Source of the DNA: Mobula hypostoma
Taxonomy: Eukaryota
Assembly: GCF_963921235.1 (NCBI RefSeq)
Contig: NC_086097.1
Coordinates: forward strand, 204,850,001-204,914,000
Direction: 5' to 3'
DNA: 64,000 nt
The notes under the pieces were generated by a model that saw only the letters and a list, made by a program, of their open reading frames with translations, did not search any database and was not told the origin of the DNA. Shown piece by piece: positions 12,580 through 25,119 of the stretch (the stretch's first letter is position 1; each line of letters opens with the position of its first letter). The position numbers and the translations under genes are program-made.

Positions 12580-13149
12580 AAGGAAGAGTGAGTAAGGGAT
12601 TTGAAAGCTGGAGGGGGAGGGGGAGATCCAAAATGATAGGAGAAGACAGGAGGGGGAGGGATAGAGCCAAGAGCTGGACAGGTGATAGGCAAAAGGGGAT
12701 ACGAGAGGATCATGGGACAGGAGGTCCGGGAAGAAAGACAGGGGGGGGGGAGACCCAGAGGATGGGCAAGAGGTATATTCAGAGGGACAGAGGGAGAATA
12801 AGGAGAGTGAGAGAAAGCATGTGTGCATAAAAATAAGTAACAGATGGGGTACGAGGGGGAGGTGGGGCCTAGCGGAAGTTAGAGAAGTCGATGTCCGTGC
12901 CATCAGGTTAGAGGCTACCCAGACGGAATATAAGGTGTTGTTCCTCCAACCTGAGTGTGGCTTCATCTTTACAGTAGAGGAGGCCGTGGATAGACATGTC
13001 AGAATGGGAATGGGATGTGGAATTAAAATGTGTGGCCACTGGGAGATCCTGCTTTCTCTGGCGGACAGAGCGTAGATGTTCAGCAAAGCAGTCTCCCAGT
13101 CTGTGTCGGGTCTCGCCAATATATAAAAGGCCACATCGGGAGCACCGAT

Positions 13150-14454
13150 GCTACTTCTTTTTGGATTCCAGACCTAATCAGTTCCCCTCTGCCACCACTC
13201 TGCTCCGTCTAGTGGAATTAGTCCTTACTCTTAATAAATTCTCCTTTGGCTCCTCCCACTTCCTCCAAACTAAAGGTGTAGTTATGGGCACCCGTATGGG
13301 TCCTAGCTATGCCTGCCTCTTTGTTGGGTTTGTGGAACAATCGATGTTCCGTGCCTTTTCTGGTATCTGTCCCCCACTTTTCCTTCGCTATATCGACGAC
13401 TGCATTGGCGCTGCTTCCTGCACGCATGTAGAACTCGTTGACTTTATTAACTTTGCCTCCAACTTTCACCCTGCCCTCAAGTTTACCTGGTCCATTTCCG
13501 ACACCTCCCTCCCCTTTCTAGATCTTTCTGTCTCTGTCTCTGGAGACAGCTTATCCACTGATGTCTACTATAAGCCTACTGACTCTCACAGCTATCTGGA
13601 CTATTCCTCTTCTCACCCTGTCTCTTGCAAAAACGCCATCCCCTTCTCGCAATTCCTCCGTCTCCGCCGCATCTGCTCTCAGGATGAGGCTTTTCATTCT
13701 AGGACGAGGGAGATGTCTTCCTTTTTTAAAGAAAGGGGCTTCCCTTCCTCCACTATCAACTCTGCTCTTAAACGCATCTCCCCCATTTCACGTACATCTG
13801 CTCTCACTCCATCCTCCCGCCACCCCACTAGGAATAGGGTTTCCCTGGTCCTCAGCTACCACCCCACCAGCCTCTGGGTCCAACATATTATTCTCCGTAA
13901 CTTCCGCCACCTCCGACGGGATCCCACCACTAAGCACATCTTTCCCTCCCCCCCCCCCTGCATTCCGCAGGGATCGCTCCCTACACAACTCCCTTGTCCA
14001 TTCGTCCCCCCCATCCCTCCCCACTGATCTCCCTCCTGGCACTTATCCATGTAAGCGGAACAAGTGCTACACATGCCCTTACACTTCCTCCCTTACCACC
14101 ATTCAGGGCCCCAAGCAATCCTTCCAGGTGATGCAACACTTCACCTGTGAGTCGACTGGGGTTATATACTGCGTCCGGTGCTCCCGATGTGGCCTTTTAT
14201 ATATTGGCGAGACCCGACGCAGACTGGGAGACCGCTTTGCTGAACATCTACGCTCTGTCCGCCAGAGAAAGCAGGATCTCCCAGTGGCCGCACATTTTAA
14301 TTCCACATCCCATTCCCATTCTGACATGCCTATCCATGGCCTCCTCTACTGTAAAGATGAAGCCACACTCAGGTTGGAGGAACAACACCTTATATTCCGT
14401 CTGGGTAGCCTCCAACCTGATGGCATGAACATCGACTTCTCTAACTTCCGCTAG
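13150..14454 (+). pseudogene. PLE polyprotein, 5'-truncated: reverse transcriptase + Zn-linker + GIY-YIG endonuclease, one frameshift
   Basis: QTKGVVMGTRMGPSYACLF, LRYIDDC, LPFLDL and VYYKPT in the ORF 12996-14027 frame; CKRNKCYTC and GVIYCVRCSRCGLLYIGETRRRLGDRFAEH in the ORF 13561-14454 frame; frame switches at the C-run 13948-13958; stop TAG at 14452-14454. Confidence 0.9.
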
Positions 14455-14742
14455 GCCCCACCTCCCCCTCGTGCCCCATCTGTTACTTATTTTTATGCAC
14501 ACATTCTTTCTTTCACTCTCCTTTTTCTCCCTCTGTCCCTCTGAATATACCTCTTGCCCATCCTCTGGGTTCCCCCCCCCTTGTCTTTCTTCCCGGACCT
14601 CCTGTCCCATGATCCTCTCGTATCCCCTATTGCCTATCACCTGTCCAGCTCTTGGCTCTATCCCTCCCCCTCCTGTCTTCTCCTATCATTTTGGATCTCC
14701 CCCTCCCCCTCCAACTTTCAAATCCCTTACTCACTCTTCCTT

Positions 14743-14784
14743 CAGTTAGTCCTGACGAAGGGTCTCGGCCTGAAACGTCAACTG
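14743..14784 (+). ncRNA. Minimal type I hammerhead ribozyme motif
   Basis: CAGTTAGTC-CTGACGA-AGGGTCTCGGCCT-GAAAC-GTC-AACTG; G>A just after the cleavage triplet relative to the other copies. Confidence 0.75.
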
Positions 14785-17700
14785 CACCTCTTCCTACAGA
14801 TGCTGCTTGGCCTGCTGCGTTCACCAGCAACTTTGATGTGTGTTATTTGTAAAACAATCACACTTTTGTGGCCATATTTCATTCTGTCCAGTTAATTTAG
14901 TATTCCATTTGTCCTTTCTCCTTTCTGGAAATGCATTTGCCTTTTGTTTGATTAATTTAATAGGCAACTAATTCCAACAATGTTACTGCAAACAAAGTTC
15001 TACACAGTAATCGCTTTCTGACTTCCAATTCTGCATTCTTACTTGTTTTTGCTGTTGTTCAGCGCTATCACCAGTGCTGGAAATATTTGGATGTACCTGG
15101 GATTGTTTGAGAAGGTGCAATGAAATTGGGTGGAATAAAGAAATTACACCTTGCCTGATGTTAGATAGAATTGATTTCGGTTAACGTTGCTGGATGGACT
15201 GCATATGTTGGGCAGCATCCGTGCAAAGAGAAACTGTTGATGTTTTTTAGACCTTGTGTCCATACTAGAAAAGAAAGAAAAATACACAAGGTAGTTTTCT
15301 GTAGCAGGGAGATTAGGGAAGAGAGAAATAAGTTTTTTTGTGCTGAACAATAGTAGCTCATGGAATATTTTATCTTATGTAACTACTGAAGTAATGATTA
15401 GTGCATTATTTAACTAGGAAATTGATAATTGTTTGAAAAAAAAACCGTCAATAGTAGATTGTAGGAATGTTAGCATTCGCACGAATGCTGATGAATTAAC
15501 TCACCTCATATTGTTGTGTATCTTTGATCATTCCATGAAAGCGCTAATGATTTATAAATGTAGTTGCTGCCCTAAAATGAGGATGATGGAGACTGAAAAG
15601 GGTCAGGTACATCCATTTACCTTTATACAATCTCATTTTGTTTTAGCCCACTATCACAAAACTCACCCATTGGTAAAACTTCCTGCACCCTGGAATAGAT
15701 GTCAAAGCTTTCAAAGTATGCTTTGTTTTTGTGGTTAATTCATTTCATGCTTTCTGTCAATGCCGTAATTTAGTGAAGCAAAATACAAATGGAAGCTGGA
15801 TGAGGCTCTGTTCAGAATTGTTTCCATCAAGCAGAACCAGATTAATAATTGGAGTTCAAGCAGACAAAGAGAAAGATCAGATCTATTAACTGGCAATGGA
15901 GGAACCTGGACACACTTTGTGCAGTGCCTGGCAAATTTTGAGCTGTATATTCACCATTAATACTCTGTAATGTTCATTTTTTTTTCAAAAACAAATTTGG
16001 GGGTCTGATGGGAATTAGAGGACAGGCCAGAGTCTGAGCCTCCGCTCTGTATTCAAAGGCGAGGGGTGAGAGCATTGTTGGGCTGATAGACCAGTGAGGA
16101 AGTTCTGGGAGTTGTTATCATCACAAGTCCTGAGTCGGTACCAAAGATCGAAGCCCAAAAGTTAATTGGATGTCTAGAGTGAAGTCCAAAGATTGATTGA
16201 AAGTCCAAAAGTTGAGCCCCAATGGCTAGAGCCTGAGTCTGCAAATCTCTGCAAGACCACTAAGGAAATAGGGGCCCAGTGTCTGCAAATGAGGAGTGGT
16301 CTGATTTCTATCTTTGGTGGAGAGAGTCCTGATGCTGGATGAGAGGTGGTGGGTTGCAGGTCTAAATTCTAGCTGGTGAAAAGGAAGATCTTTCTTAGTG
16401 GTCATTAGCCATTCAGGGCACTGTGTGACACAGTGAGCAGCTCCCTGAACCTTGTTTACTGGAGAATGGGAATGGAATGAGCAGAGGTAGAGACAAAAGT
16501 AAGCTTGCTGGACTGGGAGAAACTCAAGGAATGTATTACATAAACTGACCTATTCACCAATATTGTATTTGACTCCCTTGAAATACCGGTTTCCCAAGAT
16601 CTGGGGTGCCAGCTGTTCAAGATTAACCCTATTGTATAATACTTAATTTGCCAACACGCTTGCTGTGAGGCACCATGGCAGACTACTGCATTTTCCACCT
16701 CCTGAAAAGTAGTCGTGTATTTCGAACTTTGAGGCTTTATTCCACTGCCCTAATTTAGAAGGTTGATGTCCCAGTGAAATTAAGTTATAGTCTATTTGCT
16801 AACAGGTGGCTCCATCTATCATCTATTATTACAGCTGATTCAGAAGGAGTGAATGCAAATGTTTCGGAACTGCCTCAAGCCTAATCAATGGCTGATGTTG
16901 ACTGATCGTAGCAAATGGAGTTTCAACTGTTTGAATGCAATTTTGGAAGTTGGTCTGGGCTAGAAAGCATCAGAATCCAGGTAATTATGGGCTCTTTACT
17001 GTCAGGCAGGCCGAGGGAATGGAAAATGTTTCAGATGGCCGTGCCAAAGTTTAACATTTAAGTGCCAGGTGACATGGAAAACAGAGCTGACAAATGCTGC
17101 ACCTCTAAATCCTCTATTCAAATCTTTCCTTTAGAAAATACCATTGGATATGAAAGAGGACTTTTATGAGAAACATGATTTTAAAAAAGCACACACAATA
17201 AAGTTGAAATCTGGAGAGATCTATGGTTGAGTAAAATGAAATATTGGAAATAGAACAGGAATGCACTTGCCAAGACAGTAAGTAATATGCAACCAGTGTT
17301 CCACGGCGGCGGTGAACAGAACTGAAGTTATTTTGCTTTAACCACAGCATGGATTTAATCTCTGAATAATCTGTTGCACGTATGGAAGAGTGGAGTGGAA
17401 GCAGAGTTAATGAACTTCCTGTTTTAATACTAATTTTATTATTTCGCTGGTCGGATATCCAGCCAAAATATACATCAAATATCATTGCCAGATGAGGAGC
17501 AGATTAATGAGAGTTAGAGTGGAGGATGGAATTTTGACAATGGAGAGTCAAAGGCAGCAGAACCTTAGACTGACCTTGATGCTTTGTGGAATACTTGCGC
17601 TCCTCTGACGTTGGACGCAAGCAGTTTTATTGGGATGAATATTTTAATCTCTTTCTCTCTCTGGGGATGCTGCTTTACCTGATGAGTATTTCCAATGCTC

Positions 17701-19268
17701 TCTGTTCTTATTTATGAGTAATTAATGGTGAATAGATTATATATATTTTACTGCAGATTTCCATTTCACCCATATTTTGTTTTTATAAGCTATTGGCTTT
17801 GTCTTATTGCCTCTCTGTGCAATTCCACCTCAATTAACATATATTAACGATGTCACTGTCAGTCAGGCTCTTGCTCCAGGCAGCAAACTCACCAAAGTCA
17901 CTTGATTTTAACTGTTGTTTTCACTGGCCAAAGGCAATTAATTTATTATTACCTATTAATACCTCTTGTTACTTATTAATTTAAAATTAGACATTGCTAG
18001 CAGATTTCTTCATAGTTCACAACGAAGTGCTGTAAATTTGGTAACTAATGCTGCTTATGGTTAATGCATGAGACTTTCTATTTGAATAGAAAGCTTTATT
18101 TATTAAGTAATAACAACACTACAGTTCACAGAACTGCTGAAGGGTGAAAAATTACAAATGATATGCAAATAATACAGCTTGGCTATCAGGTCCCAAATGA
18201 TCTTTTTGGACTCTCTTCAGTCAATAAGCTGCTTTTCTGTCACAGAAGAAATAGGTTCCATTGTTAAACTATTCAGCTATGTTTTGGGAATTGTCTTCCC
18301 ACAACATAGAAACACAGACAAGACTTTATTGGATACTTAAGCAGCTTATGACTCTTTGTAGTAAGTCTTGTTTATAAATGTTGCTGCAGTCGCAGAGCAG
18401 AAATAAGATTAGGATTTCTCTTCGACCCAAAATAATGTACAGTAATGGAAACTTAATGAGAAAGAAACCTGGCATGGTTTATCTAATTGAAGTTTTGTAA
18501 TGTATTCCATTTCATTTCACATTCTGGTAAGACAACCAAATACTTTTAAACACTTAAAGGTAGAAATTGATTGCAATGTTAATGGTTTTGGTAGTCTTGA
18601 AGTGGGTTGTTCGCTGTCAATAACTGGTAAACCAACTAATCGAAATTATTACAGAGAAGAGTAAGCACTGAATATTTGTATGCTCCTTGCGTTATTTCAT
18701 TGCATACATATTTAAAAAATGCAAAAGGTAATTGAATTCACAAAAATATTAGTTATTTAGCTAATTATTAGTCAAACCTAGTTAACTTAACAAGAGAAAT
18801 AGTAGACCAGTGTTGCAGAGTACGCAATCCAATATAAAGCATTGTTACATGTGGCATTTATTTCTTTCACCAAGTAAGCTAAATCTGCATAGAATATTGT
18901 AAAATGCAATATATTCATCAAAAAGAAGGTAGAATGATAACACAACCGAAGATGATTGGGTCTTGAATGCTGCTCTGATCATGACCGATGATAGTAGCTT
19001 AGGACAGAGGCGTTTTCCAACAACACATCCATTTTCCTCAGTGCTGGGTATTATTCCAGCCCATGGGGAGGTTTCTACCACTTCCTAGAGGCTTGATAAT
19101 TAGTAGATTTAATTCATGGTGCACCCAATGAAAATGTTCTCTTGATACGAAGAGCAGCTACTCTCACTTCAGAAGTGCAATTCAAGACATGATGAGACAA
19201 TTCTGGAATTGAATGATGCAAATTGATTTGAAATTATTCTAAATCATTAAATTCTTTATTAGAATTAA

Positions 19269-21570
19269 CCATAAAACCATATAACAATTACAGCATGGAA
19301 ACAGGCCATCTCGGCCCTTCTCGTTCATGCCGAACGCTTACTCTCACCTAGTCCCACCAACCTGCACACAGCCCCTAACCCTCCATTCCTTTCCTGTCCA
19401 TATAGCTATCTAATTTTACATTAAGTGACAATATCAAACCTGGCTCTACCACTTCTGCTGGAAGCTCGTTCCACACAGCTACCACTCTCGGAGTAAAGAA
19501 ATTCCCCCTCATGTTACCCTTAAACTTTTGCCCCCTAACTCTCAACTCATGTCCTCTTGTTTGAATCTCCCCTACTCTCAATGGAAAAAGCTTATCCATC
19601 TCAACTCTATCTATCCCCCTCATAATTTTAAATACCTCTATCAAGTCCCCCCTCAACCTTCTACGCTCCAAAGAATAAAAACCCACTTATTCAACCTTCC
19701 TCTGTAACTTAGGTGCTGAAACCCAGGTAACATTCTAGTAAATATTCTCTGTACTCTCTCTATTTTGTTGACATCTTTCTTATAATTTGGTGACCAGAAC
19801 TGTACACAATACTCCAATTTTGGCCTTACCAATGCCTTGTAGAATCTTAACATTACATCCCAACTCCTATACTCAATGCTTTGATTTATAAAGGCCAGCA
19901 TATCAAAAGATTTCTTCACCACCCAATCCACATGAGATTCCACCTTCAGGGAACTATGCACCATTATTCCTAGATCCCTCTGTTCTACTGTATTCTTCAA
20001 TGCTCTACCATTTACCATGTATGTCCTATTTTGATTAGTCCTACCAAAATGTAGCACCCCAGAATTATCAGCATTAAACTCCATCTGCCATCTTTCTGCC
20101 CACTCTTCTAACTGGCCTAAGTCTCTCTGCAAGCTTTGAAAACCTACTTCATTATTTGCAACACCACCTATCTTAGTATCATCTGCATACTTACTAATCC
20201 AATTTACCACCCCATCATCCAGATCATTAACGTAGATGACAAACAACATTGGACCCAGTACAGATCCCTGAGGCACACCAGTAGTCACTGGCCTCCAATC
20301 TGACAAACAGTTATCCACCACTACTCTCTGGCGTCTCCCATCCAGCCACTGCTGAATCCATTTTACTACTTCAATATTAATACCTAACGATTGAACCTTC
20401 CTAACTAATCTTCCATGTGGAACCTTGTCAAAGGCCTTACTGAAGTCCATATGGACAACATCCACCACTTTACCCTCATCAACTTTCCTTGAAACCTCTT
20501 CCAAATATTCAATAAGATTTGTCAAACATGACCTTCCATGCACAAATCCATGTTGACTGTTCTTAATCAGACCCTGTCTATCCAGATAATTATATATACC
20601 ATCTCTAAGAATACTTTCCATCAATTTACCCACCAATGGCGTCAAACTCAAAGGCCGATAATGCTAGGTTTTCTCTTAGAACCCTGTTTAAACAATAGAA
20701 CAACATGAGCAATACGCCAATCCTTTGGCACCGTCCCCGTTTCTAATGACATTTGAAATAGTTCTGTCAGAGCCCCTGCTATTTCTACACTAACTTCCCT
20801 CAAGATCCTAGGGAATATCCTGTCAGGACTTGGAGACTTATCCACTTTTATATTCCTTGAAAGCGCCAATACTTCCTCTTCTTTAATCATCATAGTTTCC
20901 ATAACTTCCCTACCTGTTTCCCTTACTTTACACAATTCAATATCCTTCTCCTTAGTGAATACCAAAGAAAAGAAATTGTTCAAAACCTACCCCATCTCTT
21001 TTGGTTCCACACATAGCTGTCCACTCTGATTCTCTAAAGGACCAATTTTATCCCTCACTATCCTTTTGCTATTAACATAACTGTAGAAACCCTTTGGATT
21101 TATTTTCACCTTACTCGCCAAAGCAACCTCGTATCTTCTTTTAGCTTTTCTAATTTCGTTCTTAAGATACTTTTTACATTCTTTATATTCCTCGAGCACC
21201 TCTTTTACTCCATGCGGCCTATATTTATTGTAGCTATCTCTCTTTTTCCGAACCAAGTTTCCAATATCCCTTGAAAACCATGGCTCTCTCAAACTTTTAA
21301 CTTTTCCTTTCAACCTAACAGGAACATATGATTCTGAACCCTCAAAATTTCACCTTTGAATGACCTCCATTTCTCTATTACATCCTTCCCATAAAACAAA
21401 TTGTCCCAATCCACTCCTTCTAAGTCCTTTTGCATCTCCTCAAAGTTAGCCTTTCTGCAATCATAAATCTCAACACTGGGTCCAGACCTATCCTTCTCCA
21501 TAATTATATTGAAACTAATGGCATTGTGATCACTGGACCCGAAGTGCTCCCCAACACATACCTCCGTCAC
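19269..21570 (-). mobile_element. CR1 LINE, 5'-truncated, RT largely open
   Basis: ORF 19653-20651 has [34 protein letters not shown] and YADD; SDHN endonuclease end in ORF 21310-21570; 3' tail at ~19269. Confidence 0.92.
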
Positions 21571-22320
21571 CTGAAAGGCATTGATCAGCTGAGCAAGTGT
21601 GCAAAGAAATGGCAGCTGGCATTCAACTCAGACAGGTGTAAAATGATGCATCTTTGGAAGTTGAGCCAAGCCAAAACAAACAGTGAATGGAATGGCTCTG
21701 GGGAAAGCTGTTGAACTTGGACTTAGGGGTACAGGTACATATTCCCTGAAAACGGCAATGCATGTAGACATGCTAGTGATGAAAGAATATGATATGTTTG
21801 CCACTACTGATCTTGGCAATGAATACAAGAGTTGCGTTGTTATGTTACAATGTATAAAGTACTGCTTAGGTTGCATTTGGAGTACAGTATTGTGTGTGTG
21901 CAGACCTGTTACCACACTATAGGAAGAATGTGATTAAGCTCGAGAAGGAACAGAAAAGATTCACAAGGATGTCGCCTGGACTTGAAGACTTTATCTATAA
22001 GGAGTAATTGGATAAGCTGGGACTGTTTTTCTGAAGTGGAAGAGGGTGAGGGGTGACCTTATAGAAGCTTATAAAATATCAGCATTGGCAGGGTAGATAG
22101 TGACAGTCTATCTCTCAAAGTGGTGAGTCTAAAAGTATTTTTAAACATAGAGGATGCCAGAGCAAATGGTAGAGACAGGTATAATCATAACAGGAAAAAA
22201 TACTTAGAGGAATATAGGCTAAATGCAGGCAAATGAGATCTGTTTAAACGAGTATCTTGGACGATACATAAAACTGGGGTTGAATGGTCTATTTCTGCAC
22301 TATATAACTTAAATATCTAT
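21571..22320 (+). mobile_element. Old CR1 3' fragment
   Basis: KWQLAFNSDRCKMMH, a decayed LEYCVQFW motif and GDL motifs, followed by a CR1-like 3' UTR. Confidence 0.7.
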
Positions 22321-22699
22321 GGATTTATGAATATGTGAACTTAGGAGCTACCAGTAAGTTATTAATTGCTTTTGGCTATCAGAAACAAATATATATTTTG
22401 ATCAGAACTACCCAGGTTTTACCAACATACGAGTTTACATATAGCTGCAGGGAGTGTTTTAAAATCTAGATCAAAGATCTGAAAATCCATAAGTCTGACA
22501 AATTTAGCATCAGGAAGAAGAAAGGTAACAAAGGAACCTGTGGGTATTTCAGTAACATTGTACAACTGTATTTAGAAAGAGGAACAAGAACAGCTCTGCG
22601 TGCCTGCTACTTACACACAATCATTTTCCTAATCTTGCTGATTACATCTCCTGTATATTGCTGCTCATGTATATAGCATTGTTAGAAGCAAACAATTCT

Positions 22700-22962
22700 G
22701 GGTTGGCACGGTGGCATAGTGGTTAGCATGATGCTATCAAAGTGCCAGTGAACCAGGTTCAATTGCTGCCACTGTCTGTAAGGAGTTTGTACGTTCTCCC
22801 CGTGACCAGGTGGGTTTCCCCCGGGTACTCTGGTTTCTTCCCACATTCCATAGATGTACAGGTTAGTCGGTTAATCGGTCACATGGTTGTAATTGGGCTG
22901 TGTGGCCTCATTGGGCCAGAAGGGCCTGTTGCCATGCTATATATCCAAATAAAAATAAATAA
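22700..22962 (+). mobile_element. tRNA-derived V-SINE (HE1-like)
   Basis: A box TGGCATAGTGG, B box GGTTCAATTG, V-domain GGAGTTTGTACGTTCTCCCCGTG..CTCTGGTTTCTTCCCACA, CR1-like tail GAAGGGCCTGTT, A-rich end. Confidence 0.85.
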
Positions 22963-23199
22963 GCAAACAGAAAGCATCCTAGATTGTTACTTAATTTTCA
23001 TAAGGACTGGCAGTTTTCACTGCAAATGATCTTAAGCTTTTACATTGCTGTACAAAAGTGGAAAAAGTGTATAATTAAACAAAAGATTTCCCATGATTGC
23101 CACTGTGCTGCAGATACAGTGATGGAATTGAGTAAATTAGCTTCCTTAAGACCTGAGAAAAAGATCTTGCTCCTTTCTCTCTTCATTGACCTTTGACTG

Positions 23200-23565
23200 C
23201 AGTAAACTGGGGAATGGATGGTAGCATTCTGATACCCGAGTTCACGCCAGAGACTTGAATGCAGAGTTCTAGCTCATGTTAGAACAGTCTGCATTTTGTG
23301 CCATTGGAAAAAGCTTTTTTTGGTTGATGTTATAAACCAAAGGCTCAACTGCTTGGTTCTTCAATGGATGCATGACATCCCAGGATGTGGTTTCAAAGAA
23401 TAGTGATGTTGTTGTCCACTGTTCTGAGCAATGGTCATCCAATGCAAGTTATTTGTGTGAACCTACTCTGCCCGAATGGCAGCTGTTTTCCCAATTTACA
23501 GAAACAAGCTCTTGAGAATGTCCTAAAAGGGATATAATGGTATATTATAGATGCAGTTGTTTCCT
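23200..23565 (+). mobile_element. Ancient DeuSINE (SacSINE1/AmnSINE1-like), highly decayed
   Basis: Collinear blocks resembling the recalled consensus: CCAGAGACTTGA, GATGTTATAAACCAAAGGC, TGGATG..ATCCCAGG..TTTCAAAGAA, GGCAGCTGTTTTCCCAATTTACA, TATAGATGCA. Confidence 0.55.
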
Positions 23566-25119
23566 TTTATGAATATCAAGAAAACACTATTAGTTTTAAA
23601 AGAACGTCAAATAGTCATGACACTGGGCTATTTAAATTGCCAGGTTATTTCTGACAGCAGGTTAGTTTAAACAAGTTGGTAATCTTGTTTAATTATTTCT
23701 GTAGATTGGTGTACAAACCAGATTAGCACACATCATTTGCTTTGAAAATAACAGCTGAATTAAGCTAATTTTTAAAGGAAAGTAGGCTGGTTGTTATTTG
23801 TGGATGTTCAAGCATACTACTTCACCCGGGAATCTGGTTCAAAGCTTTAGATTCAGCAGCTCAGGTCTCTAATTAGGCAATATCAATGTTAAGATTCTGG
23901 AAGAAGCAAATCAAAAGTACTATTAAATAGGAACAGATAATATTGTTTTCAATGATGCTGCAACAGCTGTTCAAACAGCAGAAACAAAACACTTGTGGAA
24001 TTTGAAATAGAACAGACACTTTTCATGCCCAGATCTACTATGGAACATGTCCAGTCTACTTATGTTGAATGTGCATCATGCTCTTGATCTCTAGAGAGGG
24101 AGTTCTACGTATTTTCAACTGCATAATACTCTTAAGGTTCACATGTGTCCAATATTCAAGACAAAGCTCTTGCCTAAGATGAAGGTAATATCTTCAAAAT
24201 ATATGTCAGTACTCTATATATACGTCAAAAAAGTTAACTGTTTATTTGCAAGGCAGATCATTTCAACTACAGTATCAGAATGCAAGCTGAGACTCCAGAC
24301 TCCTACACATCAGGGAGAACAACGTAAGATGTTCTGCTAAGGGAATTTGAGAAGCTAAAGACTGAATTGAAATGCAGAACCAAAAAGGTAATATCCTCTG
24401 GATTGTTATTTGAGTTGTGTGCAAAGTGGCATAGGATTAATAAGATTAGTGTGCAAGAAGTGGATTTGACTTTATGGGGCAGTAGATATGGTATTGGGGA
24501 AGGGGGTAGCTGTTCTGATGGGACGGGCCCCATCTGAATCATGCTGAAACCATATTCCTGGTGAATTGCTTTAAACTAAGTAGTAGAGTAAAAATGGAAG
24601 GAAAGTGCAGGAAAGTCTATTGAATAAAGAATAAGCTAAAAAAAAGTCTTGAAATTAACTTCACGCAACATTTAGACAGAATTGAAAAGAAAGGCGGTGA
24701 ATGCAGGACTGAAGGTGTTATATCTGAATGCACACAAATATACATGGTCTTGTAGCATAGTTAGAAATGGTGAGATATGACATTATTGGCATCACAGAGT
24801 CGAGATTCAAAGAAGATCACAGCTCGGAGATGAACATCCAAAGGACAAATTGTATTGAAATGGCAGGGAAGTAGGTGGGTGGGGTGGGTTGGCATTTTTT
24901 TTGGTAAAAAATGAAATCAAATCCGTAGAAAGAAGTAACATAGGATCAGAAGATGTGGGCAGAGTTAAGAAACAGCAAGGGTAAAAAGACCTGAACGGGA
25001 GTTATATACAGGCTCCGAACAGTAGCCAGGCTATGTGGTACAAATTACAACGGGTGACAGAAAAGGGATGTAATATATAGAAAAACAATGTTACAATGGT
25101 CATTGGGGATTTAAGTATG

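Larger units (their letters stand above)
12441..14844 (+). mobile_element. Penelope-like element with inverted 5' duplicate of its 3' end (head-to-head)
   Basis: 12478-13147 is the reverse complement of 14176-14844; RT and GIY-YIG on +; exact 13-bp TSD ATTTGTAAAACAA at 12428-12440 and 14845-14857. Confidence 0.93.

Noticed and set aside
12996..14027. 343-aa ORF as a real protein
   Set aside because: It is a chimera: the first ~50 codons are antisense GIY-YIG sequence from the inverted arm, fused to the truncated RT.
4592..14895. Recurrent ORFs such as MAFYILARP.., MSEWEWDVELK.. and ..VSPDEGSRPETST..
   Set aside because: These are alternative-frame or antisense readings of the PLE copies; they recur only because the element is repeated.
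18930..19090. Open frames on both strands in unique DNA
   Set aside because: No good acceptor/donor pair and no recognisable protein; the 52-codon frame at ~28713-28870 is rejected for the same reason.
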